Assembly: GCA_001179505.1 (NCBI GenBank)
Contig: CDMY01000485.1
Location: 3,974 to 67,973 of the forward strand
Length of the DNA stretch: 64,000 bases
Source: Vitrella brassicaformis CCMP3155
Lineage: Eukaryota; Protista; Chromerida
Direction of reading: 5' to 3'
Shown: positions 35,428-46,683 of the stretch, piece after piece
How positions within the stretch are numbered: position 1 is the first letter of the stretch
How the letters are laid out: each line of letters opens with the position of its first letter
Notes under the pieces: model-generated
Told to the model about the DNA's origin: nothing
Database searches by the model: none
What the model saw: only the letters and a program-made list of their open reading frames with translations
Translations under genes and position numbers: made by a program

Positions 35428-37632
35428 TGGCCATCGAAGTGCCGCCCGAAGAGCCCGATGCTGAGGTCCGGAGGACTCAAGAGGGATGGGTGCGGGGTGG
35501 CATCTGTTCATTTCTGTGCTGTTGCTGTGTTGCTGGCTGGTGCAGAGTAGTGCTGTGGTAGAGGAGGAGGAGGGCGCCCCGACGCCATCGTTTCGCCTGG
35601 TCCACACGTCGGGGAAACCGCCGCCGAACAGTGGACCGGTAAAAGCAAGACAACAAAGACCGCCCATACGTGCACGACCCTGTCGACCTCTGTGTGTGAA
35701 TGTGTGTCTTGTACAGCCGTCCCTTCGCCTCTCCCCCGATGAGCTGGCGTGTGTGTTCGGCTTCTACCAGCCCTCAGAGCTGACGCGCGTCGCCACCACG
35801 ATCGGCAAGACGGTCTTCGGCTGGGCGGCCAAGCGATACACCCATCTGACCATCGACGGCTCGGACAAGGGCGGCGTGCGCCAGCAGTGGGAGCGAATGC
35901 CCCTGGAGGTGGCACACCGGTGGGGCCAGCGGGCGGCCAACATCGCCCACCTGCACGTCATCTACAAGAACCAAGCCAGCCGCTGGTGTCGTGGGACCTG
36001 GGTGGCGCTGATCGAGGGGAATGCCGAGGCCAGGAAGGCCATGAGGGCGAAGAGGAAGGAGAGGCAGGGCGGGGCAGCAGCAGCAGCGGCAGCAGCCAGA
36101 GGGCAGGACCTGCCATCCGCGGCGTCGTCCATCAAGGTCCTCAGCTTCGAGGAGGACATCGACGACGAGCCGCACCACTACGACGATCAAACTCTACCGG
36201 TGGACCCCCTGCCCCTGTCCCCCCCGCCCGTCGACCTGTCGGCCCTCGAGGAGGTGCATAACATGCCATACGGATGTGCGGCCGTGCGCAAGGGCCGTCG
36301 CGTGTGGCAGACGCCGTCGGTGCGGGCCATGACCTTCAAGGAGGACGACGGTTATTCGAGCGACGCGGCGGGATGGATGACGTCATGCGAGCATCTGGAG
36401 ACATTCGACGATGGCGGCCCGACAGCCCGCTCCAAGCTGAGGCTGCTGTGCATGCCGCCACTGGGGAGCTCCCTCGCCCGCCTGCGATCCATCGGCCCCC
36501 TCAAGCTGCGGAGTGATGAGGCTGTGCAGACAGTGGACAACCTCCGGCAGGCCTTTGTGGAGCGGGGATGTCACAAGTCCCTTCGCGAGCTGCCCATTGA
36601 GGCCACCGAGATCACGGCGGAGCACAAGGGGCTGCTGCAGGAGGTGGCCCTGCTGTCGGAGGCAATGCTGCAGCCGGAGGCCCTCAGCCAGCCGCAGGTT
36701 GTCAAGAAGGCAGACAATCTCGAGATGGAGCTGGAACTCATCGAATGGATGGCCAATGAAAGACCTCAGGTAGACAAGACACCACGGGCGGCTGCGCCTC
36801 AACACATTCAGACGCAGTTGTCCCCAATGCGGTCTGTCTGTGTGCCTGCAGGTGCAGAAGCTCGTTCGTGAGTTTGCCGCTGTCACCGATGTGGTCTTCT
36901 ACAAGAACGAGCTCACCGACCCCAACGCCGCCGCACACGCGGCCGCATATTTCCCCCGCGCCACCACATTCCGCTGCACGGCGGGAGAGCTGCCGCCACG
37001 GGTGCGGAGCGGCCTGGCCAAGACGGTCGCCAACATGCCCCGGTGCAGCACCATCGGCTTCGTGGATAATCTCGAGGCGCACCAGGACGCGCCGAAGAAT
37101 TCTGTGGCCTTCCTGGAGTCAGTCAAGAGGCACATGGCCACAGGGAAGGGGCCGGGGGCCGGGGAGGGGGGCGATAGCAACGAGGGCGAGACGGAGAGGA
37201 GCCTATCAGTGAACATTGAGGTGTCGGCGAAAGGCATCTTGGACCACAGCCGGCCGCTGCAGAAGTGGGCGAGCCACGACCTGCCGGCCATCGACGAGGT
37301 CAACGTCTATGTGATGGGTAAGCAGTGCCACACGAGGTAGACAGCCCACCTGAGCAGCTCACACATCACGAGTATGTGTGTCGCTGCTGTGTGCAGACGG
37401 GCTAGAAGAGGACGACTCGATGGTGGCCTTGTACGGCTCGATGATGGCGTCGCTCGTCGGCATCATTTCGCGACCCGGTGTGAGCGAGGCGTCCATTGTC
37501 TTCCTGAGTCTCCACGTCCTTGGCCATATGAGGCGGCTGTTCCAGTCGCAGCTCGCATGGTTCAACCTGCTGGACACAGCATACAGCGTCACCATGGAGG
37601 ACGACACCATCACCGTCGAGACGCGCACGTAG
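35016..37632 (+). CDS. Uncharacterised F-box-like protein, copy B
   Basis: Same exon series as 26480-29042 and open throughout, ending ITVETRT* at 37632. Start is either MDASAAED (35016) or MISK (35073). Confidence 0.7.
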
Positions 37633-39344
37633 ACGATACCACAGCTGGTGAGAGGGAACGGAGAGGCCGGACAGAGAGGGCACGTGTGTGCATCTACTTG
37701 GTCGCCTGTTGTGTGTGTTTGTGTGTGCGGTGTCAGGTAGCCGTAGACATCGGCAGCCTGACTGCTGTTGGATGAAGTATTGGTGGCTGCGGGCGGGGCG
37801 GATCTCTGTCGTTGATTGTGGATAGACACTAAAGGATAAATGGATGGACGGATGGATGGGCATATGTGTTGCGTGAAGCGGTTGTCAATGACTGTGTGAG
37901 ACCGACTGCTGGAATACCATGAATCCGTGTGTATACATAGGCCTATGTGGGTCGCATGGGCAGATGTGTGTGAGTGCAGCGGTTGTCAATGACTGTGTGA
38001 GACCGACTACTGGAGTAACATCAATCCGTGTGTATATATATTGGGTGGGTCCGCATCGGCCTCATCGACTTGACTCATCACTCCTGCTGGCCCCTTGCAT
38101 GATGCACGTGACATGAGATCGTCAGCCATTATTCGAACACACACACGCGGTTCTTGTGCTGTCCTTTGTGTGGTATTATGTCAGGTATGTGCTATGCAGA
38201 GCGGTGCTTCCTCGCTCGCCTCGAGACACTGGCCAAACACATGATCATCCTCAGGGGAAGATGGACACACTCTCGTATCGCAGCGCCACTGTGCGGCTGT
38301 TTTGTTTTGTCTTAATGGTCGTTAGGGTCGGATCGGACCAACACGGCACCGACATGCTCACCAGTGTCACCACCATCAAAACATCAGACGCTGCGGAACG
38401 GATCCCACATATATGTACACCGACAATATCTGTCTGTCTGTCTGTCTGTCTCTGTGCAGCTTTGTGGCATCAGTGCTCAAGCAGCAAGGGCACCAGGTGT
38501 GTCGTGTGTGGCTGCGGTGATGGCTCAGGAGGGCGGCCTACGTCGCGTGTGCCGAGTGTGCTGTGTCTCAAGCTGCGCGACTGACGTGACTGACTAACCT
38601 ACGGGTTTTGAGTGTGTGCTTTTCCTCTCCCCTTCGCTCTGCCACTGTTGTGCATACGTTCATTCGTCCGGATATAGTCAGGATAGACATAGATAGCCAT
38701 TCATGAGCTGACTGACCGAGGAGCGAGGATCTAGATCTGATGACATTGTGTGTGCAGCAGCAGTATGTTGTGTGAGATACGTTAACTCATAGCCCAACGG
38801 CAGGAAGAGTCTGGCGGTCTCTCATGTAATGAACTGCGTCAACATAGTATCTGTGAGCTTGAGAGGTTGCGCCCATAATGTGGCACTGTATGTGTGCGAG
38901 GAACGACTTCATGTGTGTTCAGCAATCTGGCCATTCAGACAGGCAGATCAAAATAGAAGACACAGCTTGAAGAGAGGCGATGAAGAGAGTTGCGGCATGC
39001 AGCGTGGGGGCGGCAATTGAGGGCTGTAGCCGCTGCACTCTTGCCGAGTCGCGCCACAGCCCTCGTGGGAAAGATGTGGGGTTTGCTGCGCACGCAGCGC
39101 AGCCCCCGTGTGCAGGGCCAGGAGGGCGACAGTGTGCGAGACGGCCACAGCCGCCCCAGTGGTGTTGATGAGGCGTGCTACATCCAGCTGCCGAGAGTCG
39201 ACGAGGGCGACGCTGCCGCACAGCAGGCCATCCACCACACACAGACAGACCATCCCAAGGTCACCCTGCAATGCCCTTGCTGCACAGTGACCAGCGGCTG
39301 CCTCTGACGCCTGGTGTCTGTGTCTGTCTGTCTGTCCACTGCAG

Positions 39345-42300
39345 ATGGCGTCGGCCTCGAGTGAGCACATTCCTCTGCTGCTGGACGATGGCCAAGGGCT
39401 GATGGAGCCCCAGCTGCCGGACGTCAGCGATGACATCACCAAGGCACCGAGACGCTTCGAGCAGGTGGGTTGGTGTCAGTCGACTCTGAGGCCTCTCGGA
39501 CGTCTGTGTGTCGTCTGCAGGTCCCCTTGGTGGGTGCCCCGGCCGCCGACAATTGGTATCCGACAGATGCACTGAGACGCAGCATCAAAAAGGCCATCAA
39601 AGAGTCAGATGCGGAGGGCCTGCGGAAGGCCCTCGCCGGTCTGTCGCCTGAGCAAACCGAGAAAGCCCTGACGACTGGAGGGTGGTATGGGTCTGCCATC
39701 CATTACGCCGCAGGTATGCCTCTTCGCATTACAACAAACACATGATGCAGCCGCGGCCCCTGTGTGTGCTTCTCAGGCGAGTGTAGGGATGTGGCGGTGT
39801 TTGAGGTGCTGCTGCACAGCCGACGCCACCTGCTCAACCTGAAAAACCCGGTATCGTGCGCGACGGTTATACTCATTCTGTCCGTCAGCTGACCGGTGTC
39901 TTCCCAACTGTCTTCATGCTGTGTCGGTAGAATGGCCAGACGCCTCTTCATCGGGCAGTACAGACGGGGTCAGTTGGTGTTGTGGAGAAGTTTGTCGAGT
40001 GGGGCGGAAAGCATATGTTGGAAGCTCGGGCCGACGTAACGATGGGACAATGTCGAGTGGTGCATTGGACATCATGTCTTCTGGTTCGTGCTGTGTCTGT
40101 AGTTTGGCTGGACGCCTCTTCATACGGCAGCACGTCAGTCACTCCTGCAAGTGACAGCCACAAGTACATGAGTCTTCGACGTGTACCTCTCCTGCAGAAG
40201 AGGGCCATGTCGATGTGGTGGAGGTGATGTTGAGGGTGGACCCACAGCTCTTGAAAATCAAAAACGTAGACTGCACTGCACCTATCCAGTTTCGTCTTGG
40301 AATTGTCCCTGCCCGTGACTCTGACAGGAAGGAAAGACGCCTTTCGATTTGGCCCTCAAAGGAAAGAAGCTGATACTCGTTGCTGCGATGGCTGTCGTGG
40401 CTGGAGACGTGGCTGTGAAGCTGGTCGAGGGAGGCGCGAAAATGGAAGATGTGGACGCTAAGGATCTCAAGGAGATGGTGCCCTTCACGAAGGGGTTCCT
40501 GAAGGACCGCTCTGATTCGCCGGGCCCCGACCGCCTTCGCTTGTGTGCCTTCTTCCGCAAGATGATGCAGACAGGGCAGAAGGACTCCCTCACAGAGTAC
40601 AGAAAGGGAGCAACACAATGCGAACATCTGCATGTCTGTGTGAGTACCTGCAGTGACCTCGGAGCCATTGCAGACCGGCAGGAAGTAATCAGGAAGGGAC
40701 ACACACACCGCATTCTGCATTGCCCATCGCTTTAGGCTCTCACAACAAACTTCTGCAGCGATACCAGGATGCGGGACTTCGAAGAGTCACTCAAAGGCAG
40801 AGAGACAGAGTGGTTTGCACTGCTTGAATCGGCGGAGCCCCTCACTGTCGTCACTCAAGGTGACCCACAAAAGGGATTTCCCATTCTCGGTCTGTCCGTT
40901 CATGTCTCCTCCTTTCCCTCTGCTGCGAATGATTGCGACAGCCAACTGCATCTCTCTCGTCGCCAAGCATTGGCATCCACCAGTTGGAGTAGGGGGGATT
41001 CGGCTGTCGCCCCGTGACATCTTCATCAGCCGAGTGCTGTCAATGCTGCTCATGTAAGACAGCAGACATGCACTACGATGGAGGCAGAGAGAGCGCATGG
41101 CATCTCTTCTCTCTCTGTGTGTGCCTTGCAGGGTGGCCTTTGTGCTGCTGCACATCGAGTCGATCAGAGGAGACAGCGGCATGATCATGGCGGGGCTGTG
41201 GCCGGCGGTGTGGCTGTGGGGTGCGGTGCTGACCGGAGGCGGCTTCAATTTACAGGAGGCCTTCCAAGTGAGACAGACGAGAGGAGACATGACTTATCAC
41301 GACTAACACGCATCATGCTTATGCGTGTGCAGGGCATCCGCCTGAAGGCAGCGTACTGGGCCGACTCATGGTACGAGTCCGAAATGCAGAGGCAGCCATA
41401 CTGGCGGCCTCATCTTCACGCTGTTGTTGGCATACATCACTGCAGGAATGTCATCGATATGTCTTCAAGCCTGGCGATCGCTGCCTTCATCGCCGTCCAC
41501 TTCCGAGGCTACTCTGCCGAGGCGGAAGTGAGCTCAGGGATCGTCATAGCGCTGCTCTTTGCGCTGCGCCTCCTGCAAACCGCCAGCCTGCAGCCAACCG
41601 TGGGGTCACTCATCCTGTCAGTGAGAGAGAGAGCCACACAGACACACAGAGAGAGACAGAGAGAGAGAGGCGTCTGATGCTGTGTGTGACGGGTGTGTGT
41701 GTCAGTGCGATCGTGAGGATGTTTTCGGACATCAGCATCTTTCTTTGTCTGTACGTCTACATCCTGCTGGTCTTCGCGGGCGTCTTCACCGTCCTCTCGT
41801 CCGATGAAGACCACCAGTACTTCGGCTCCTTCCCCAAAGCCACACTCACACTGTAAGTATGGGACCTCATGAGAAGACACAGAGGAAAGGGACACCTGCC
41901 TCTCTCCGTCTTGTCGTGCTGTGCAGTTTCTTTGCCGGACAGGGCGACTTCAACGAGGCGCTGACCAACGCCATAGAGAGCCACGACACGCTGGGGGCCG
42001 TCCTGCTGTTCACATACGTCATCCTCTCGTCCATCATACTCGTACGTCGGCACCACTCAGGCAGTCAGCACCACACAAGGACTCCCTTTGTCTGTCTCTC
42101 TTTGTGTCTGTCGGCATCCATCGATAGCTGGACCTGCTCATCGCCATCATGGTGAGACAGACACGAGATACAAGCCTTAGGGACATCGACAGGGCGACGG
42201 ACAAGGCGTGTGTGTGTCACCATTAGGCGTCGACGTATGCGGCCATCGAGGAGACACAGGCTGCACAATATCAGTATCAGAGACAAGGGAGACAGACAGA

Positions 42301-43318
42301 CAGACAGCGGCGCATAATGGTCCTCTCTCCGCTCATCTACTCAGGCTGCTGCGGATTCGCGTGTTGAATGAGTACCTCACAATGCCTCGCCACGAGAGGC
42401 TGCCGCCGCCATTCAACCTCATCGGTCGGTGCGACACGAGACATGACATGTGGGCATGATCTGTGTCTGTGCAGCTGTGTTCGTGTCGGAGCCCCTGCGA
42501 TATCTCGCCTCCCTCATAAGCGAACAACGGCGGGAGCAGTCGGCACTCTGCCGCATTGCCTTCTGGTCGATGAAAGTCGTCTACGTCACCGTCGACGGAC
42601 TCCTGCTTATCGTCGCCTTCACACCCGTGGCCACCTACAAAATGCTGGAGGATATTCTCCGAGCGATAGGGAAGGGGGACTATGTGGTGGTACTGTGTCA
42701 CGTACTCTGCTTACCCCTTCTCATCCTCCTGACGCCCGCTAATCTTCTGTGCCACTACGCCCAATGGGTGAGGGTCAGAAGACACGCGAGATCAGACAAA
42801 AGCAGAGGCACTGTCTCGTTTCTCTGGAATGTTCGCTTGGCAGGGGCTGCTGTTTTCTTTTGACGCCACCAAAACCGACAGCGCGGAGACGGCTGATGAG
42901 AGACGCAAAGCACGGGAATCATACAAGGACCGCATCGACAAGTGGATTGAGGCGGCAGACCATCACGACTCGGGCGTACCTGACGTCATGGGAGGTGAGA
43001 CAGGACAGACAGGCGTCTCACGAGGAAGGCGACAAGGCTGTGTCTGTCTATGTGCTGCAGCCCTCAGGCAGTTCAAAGCCGAAATCCAACCAGGTGCCAA
43101 AGTGAAGAATCTTGTATATTCGCCTTAATCCATCTCGACTTCTCTCTCCCTGTCTGACTGTCCCAGTTGTGCAACAGATGGACAAGCGACAGACGGAGAT
43201 GGACAAGCGACAGACGGAGCGACAAGACGCCCGGCACAGGCAGATGGAGAAACGGCTGACCGAGATGGAGGTAGGGATGGAGGCGCTCATCAGGGAGATC
43301 AAGGCGAAGATCAAATGA
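39345..43318 (+). CDS. Ankyrin-repeat TRP-type cation channel, copy B (intact, about 19 exons)
   Basis: Ankyrin motifs GQTPLHRA, GWTPLHTAAQEGHVDVV and GKTPFDLA. TM region YWADSWNVID (S3), LRLLQTASLQPTVGSLILAIVRMFSDISIFL (S4-S5), FGSFPKATLTLFFAGQGDF (pore) and LDLLIAIM (S6). TRP-domain LPPPFNLI and a C-terminal coiled coil. All splice phases checked in frame. Confidence 0.9.
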
Positions 43319-44375
43319 CAATAGACAAGTGCATGGCTCCTGCATGAACACCATAACCGATCGTGATGGATGGCCCATGCAGATCTCAATCCGTCTGACG
43401 CCCATTCAGCTTTCTGCCCGGATGGCTGAAAGTCGACACAAATGAATATGGCTGCCCCCTCGTGGCGCCGCCAGTTAACCAGGGAGACAGAGAGAGATAC
43501 ACTTAAAGGTTTGACTTGAGGGATGTGTGTGGTCCAACGGTGCATGGTCCAAATCCACAACGCACGGACAGAGACACACACAGACATGCCGTCATGCACA
43601 TCACACACGGATGCATCACACAGACAGACAGGCAGTGTGTTCGCATGGAGCAAGTCACTTCGGCCTCTGAGCAGGCAAGCCAAGTCAAAAGGGGTCGATG
43701 ATGAGGCGGGCGGCAACCCCCTCCTCTCCTTCTGCCGCCATCACGCCCGTGTGTGACCCGACTCGACGTGCCGCGATGCCCACACACACAATGAGTGTGC
43801 AACGGCGGCGACACGGTAGGCCGGCCCCTCTTATGTGGTGGTAGCCTCTCTGTCTTTCTGGCTAGACCGACCCTCACGGTGGCATGGCACTTGCCGCTGG
43901 CTGGGTGGTATGGTCATTCTTCACATGAGGCAGTGGGCACAATATGGGTTTTTGACAAATGTAGCCGCCCGACGCAGACAGGCAGGCAGGCAGGCAGTGA
44001 GAGAGCGACGGGTGGACGCATTGCAGGCATGCAGTACATAAGCTAAGTGCAGCACCAGCTGGCTGATCGACCCTGGCTGGCTGGCTGGTTTCGTGGGCTC
44101 ATCTCTTCTTCCCTTCTCATCGCCTCTGCCCCTCACTCCCGCCGATCCCCACTGTCCATCTCTGTCTGTCGTGTCATCTGTTCTGTCGAGTGCGTGTGTG
44201 TGGGGGCGACGATCCAAAATAGAGTGAGGGCATCAGCAAGGCACCGTGTGCAATTCACCGCAGTGGCAGCCAGGTCAAAGGGTAGCCAGCCAGGCAGCTG
44301 AGCGGCAGAGAAGGATAGGCAACCGAGTAAGTGCATGTGTGTGTGTGGATCGGCAGAAACCAGTTAGTCCGTGGT

Positions 44376-44449
44376 GGAGATGGAGGCTGACGGAGATGGA
44401 GGCAAGGATGGAGGGGCACATCAAAGAGATCAAGGCGAAGATCAAATAG
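44376..44449 (+). pseudogene. Orphan fragment of the TRP terminal exon
   Basis: RLTEMEARMEGHIKEIKAKIK* followed by TRP-type 3' flank, with no upstream TRP exons. Confidence 0.8.
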
Positions 44450-45059
44450 GCGGCGTGAGACACCAACTGACTGCACGGCCTCTTGGTGAACAAGATACAC
44501 CAAACGTGATGGATGGTCCGTGCAGACGTCAAGCAGACATGCATGTGACTCAATCTGTCTGACGCCCATTCAGCTTCCAAATTCATAAGTGGCCTCTGCC
44601 CGACTGACGCTCTGTTTTCGGTCAACCAATGCAAACGAACGAACACGTGAGGTCAGACATCAAGGAAGGGCCTTGATCGCATAGCACCACCCAAATCAAT
44701 CATGAAACGATGACATCGATGGAAGTGCCAACACATAAGCCGTGGTGGCTCCCCAACATCTCGTACAATATATATGTATGTATATACGTGTACGTAGACG
44801 CCCCTCCGTCCGTCCAGGCGCACACTGGACATCCTGCCTGCCCTCCCTCCCTGCCTGCCTGCCTGTTACCTAAAACAGCCAGACGCCAGCAACACTATCT
44901 GCAACACATCACAAATCGATCAACGGACACGTGTGTGTGTGAGCGCAACTTTTGTTGTGGCGCCTGTCCCTCCACTGACCTTTTCCACATGTCCGTGTGG
45001 AATAGAAGATGTCGACGTGGTGCCACGTTGCGCTCCTAGTGAGTCACCACAGACTTGCG

Positions 45060-45441
45060 CGTGCCGCAAGAGCCCTGGATGATGCACGTGAGCCAGCACC
45101 GCAGACGCGGCCGGCTCGTTGTGACCACAGCATATGGTTGGTGGGTGTATGAATGTTCCTTCCAACCAGCACTCGGGTTAATGAGCCTGCATGGACAACG
45201 GCGAGAAGGCCAGCCCGAGCTCCTGCTCGTTGACGCCCCTCGGCAAGTTGCGGATCAGCAGCGCACACGGCCTAGCGGCGCTTTGTGACCACACCCTGCC
45301 GCTTGCCCGCCCGGGGTGGCGACGGACAGCAGGCCCTGTGGTGGTGGTGGGTGCCGCGGCCATGCTGGCGGAGGGGTCGTAGGGGCGGTTCACTGCAGTG
45401 CTGGCGTCCATCCCTCGTCCCCTCACCCTGCCGCACCGCAT
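45060..45441 (-). pseudogene. Possible decayed RRM (RNA-recognition motif) coding fragment
   Basis: LLIRNLPRGVNEQELGLAFSP resembles RNP2 plus helix 1 and is followed by a stop. RRM-like pieces (GSLTRVLVGRN, YAVVT) continue in other frames. Confidence 0.35.
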
Positions 45442-46683
45442 GCAGCCGGCAGTCCTTCCGCAGCTGCGATGCGCCGCTCACTCATTCACAAGATGCATCC
45501 ACCTGAGCAGGCAACAGCCCATGGGCAACAGCCATACAAGAGTGATGTGGGCTCATCTCCTGACTGCTCACCGGGCAGAGGAGAGTGATGCTGGTTGGAA
45601 CCAAGCAGCAGTGTGATGGATGTCGCTCGTAAAGAAGACCTTGACGTCCGACAAGATGAGGGCTGATGCCTTGATGGTCCGCTCACATTGATTTCCAAGG
45701 CAGTAGCCAACTCAAGAGCCAACTCGTCATGGTCCTCACAACCGCGGATGACTGCAAACAGGAGAGAATAGAGGCGTGACTGCGTCCTGTCCATCCTCCT
45801 TGCCCAGAGTCCCTACCTGTGTGAGCTCGGACCTTTCCTCTTTCCCTCCCCTCCTCCCCCGTGCGAGCTAAGCTGAAAAAGCTCGCAATCGCGACGAGGT
45901 GCTGGAGAACCTGAAAGGCTATCTGCCATCCAGCGACACGTCCACTGATCGTCTGCAGCTGCAGCGTGTCCGTCTAGACGGGTCCGACGCAGATGGAGCA
46001 CCGCAACGGGTCTGACGCCGCACCCCGTGACCAGCGTCTGATACAAAGGTGAGCACCACGGAGACAGGGACGGGGAGCGAGCAGCGGGACTGACGCAACC
46101 GCCGGCTGTCTCGCCGGCTCCCCACGACAGTGCACGCTGCATGTGGACGTTGACGCAATCGCTGACGTGTGGCTGCGATGTGGTGGTCTGTGCTGCAGGT
46201 GTAGAAGCCTCGCTGTACGTCTCTGAGACCCTCGTGAGGCACCCGTGACTTGTCAGACCCTCCATCGACCACCTCTCGGCGTCTCGGCACTGCTTGTCCC
46301 TCCTCAGCTCCCTGTGACACTTCTCGGCGACCCACCAAGGAGGGCGGCAGCACGTCAGGCGAGCGCCAAAACCGTCCTCTGCTATCCGTCTCGGCGTAGA
46401 AGAAACGCATAGGCCAACCGGGCCACTCAGCCACCAAGCCAGCTGCGGTTGACAGCTGTTGGCGGAGGAGGACACTCGCTCACTGCCCACTCACTGTGGC
46501 GTGAGTCGTTCCATCGGATTGTCTTAGCCTTCAGCAAGCGGAGCGCTTGCTTGGTTGTCGTCGGCGGGAGCACTTCGTCCAGCCACAGCCTTCCGACCAA
46601 CCGACCTACTGAGCACGTTTGTCTATATTTCCTGATCGACCATCGGTCAGCTGGATCCTGCTATCGATCCATCGAGTAGAAGA

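Larger units (their letters stand above)
32878..44380. repeat. Tandem segmental duplication unit 2
   Basis: Colinear with 24220-32790 but keeps the TRP transmembrane region that unit 1 lacks. Confidence 0.9.

Noticed and set aside
45813-46490. 225-aa minus-strand ORF
   Set aside because: No recognisable motif. It lies in GC-rich DNA immediately upstream of a divergent gene and may be chance.
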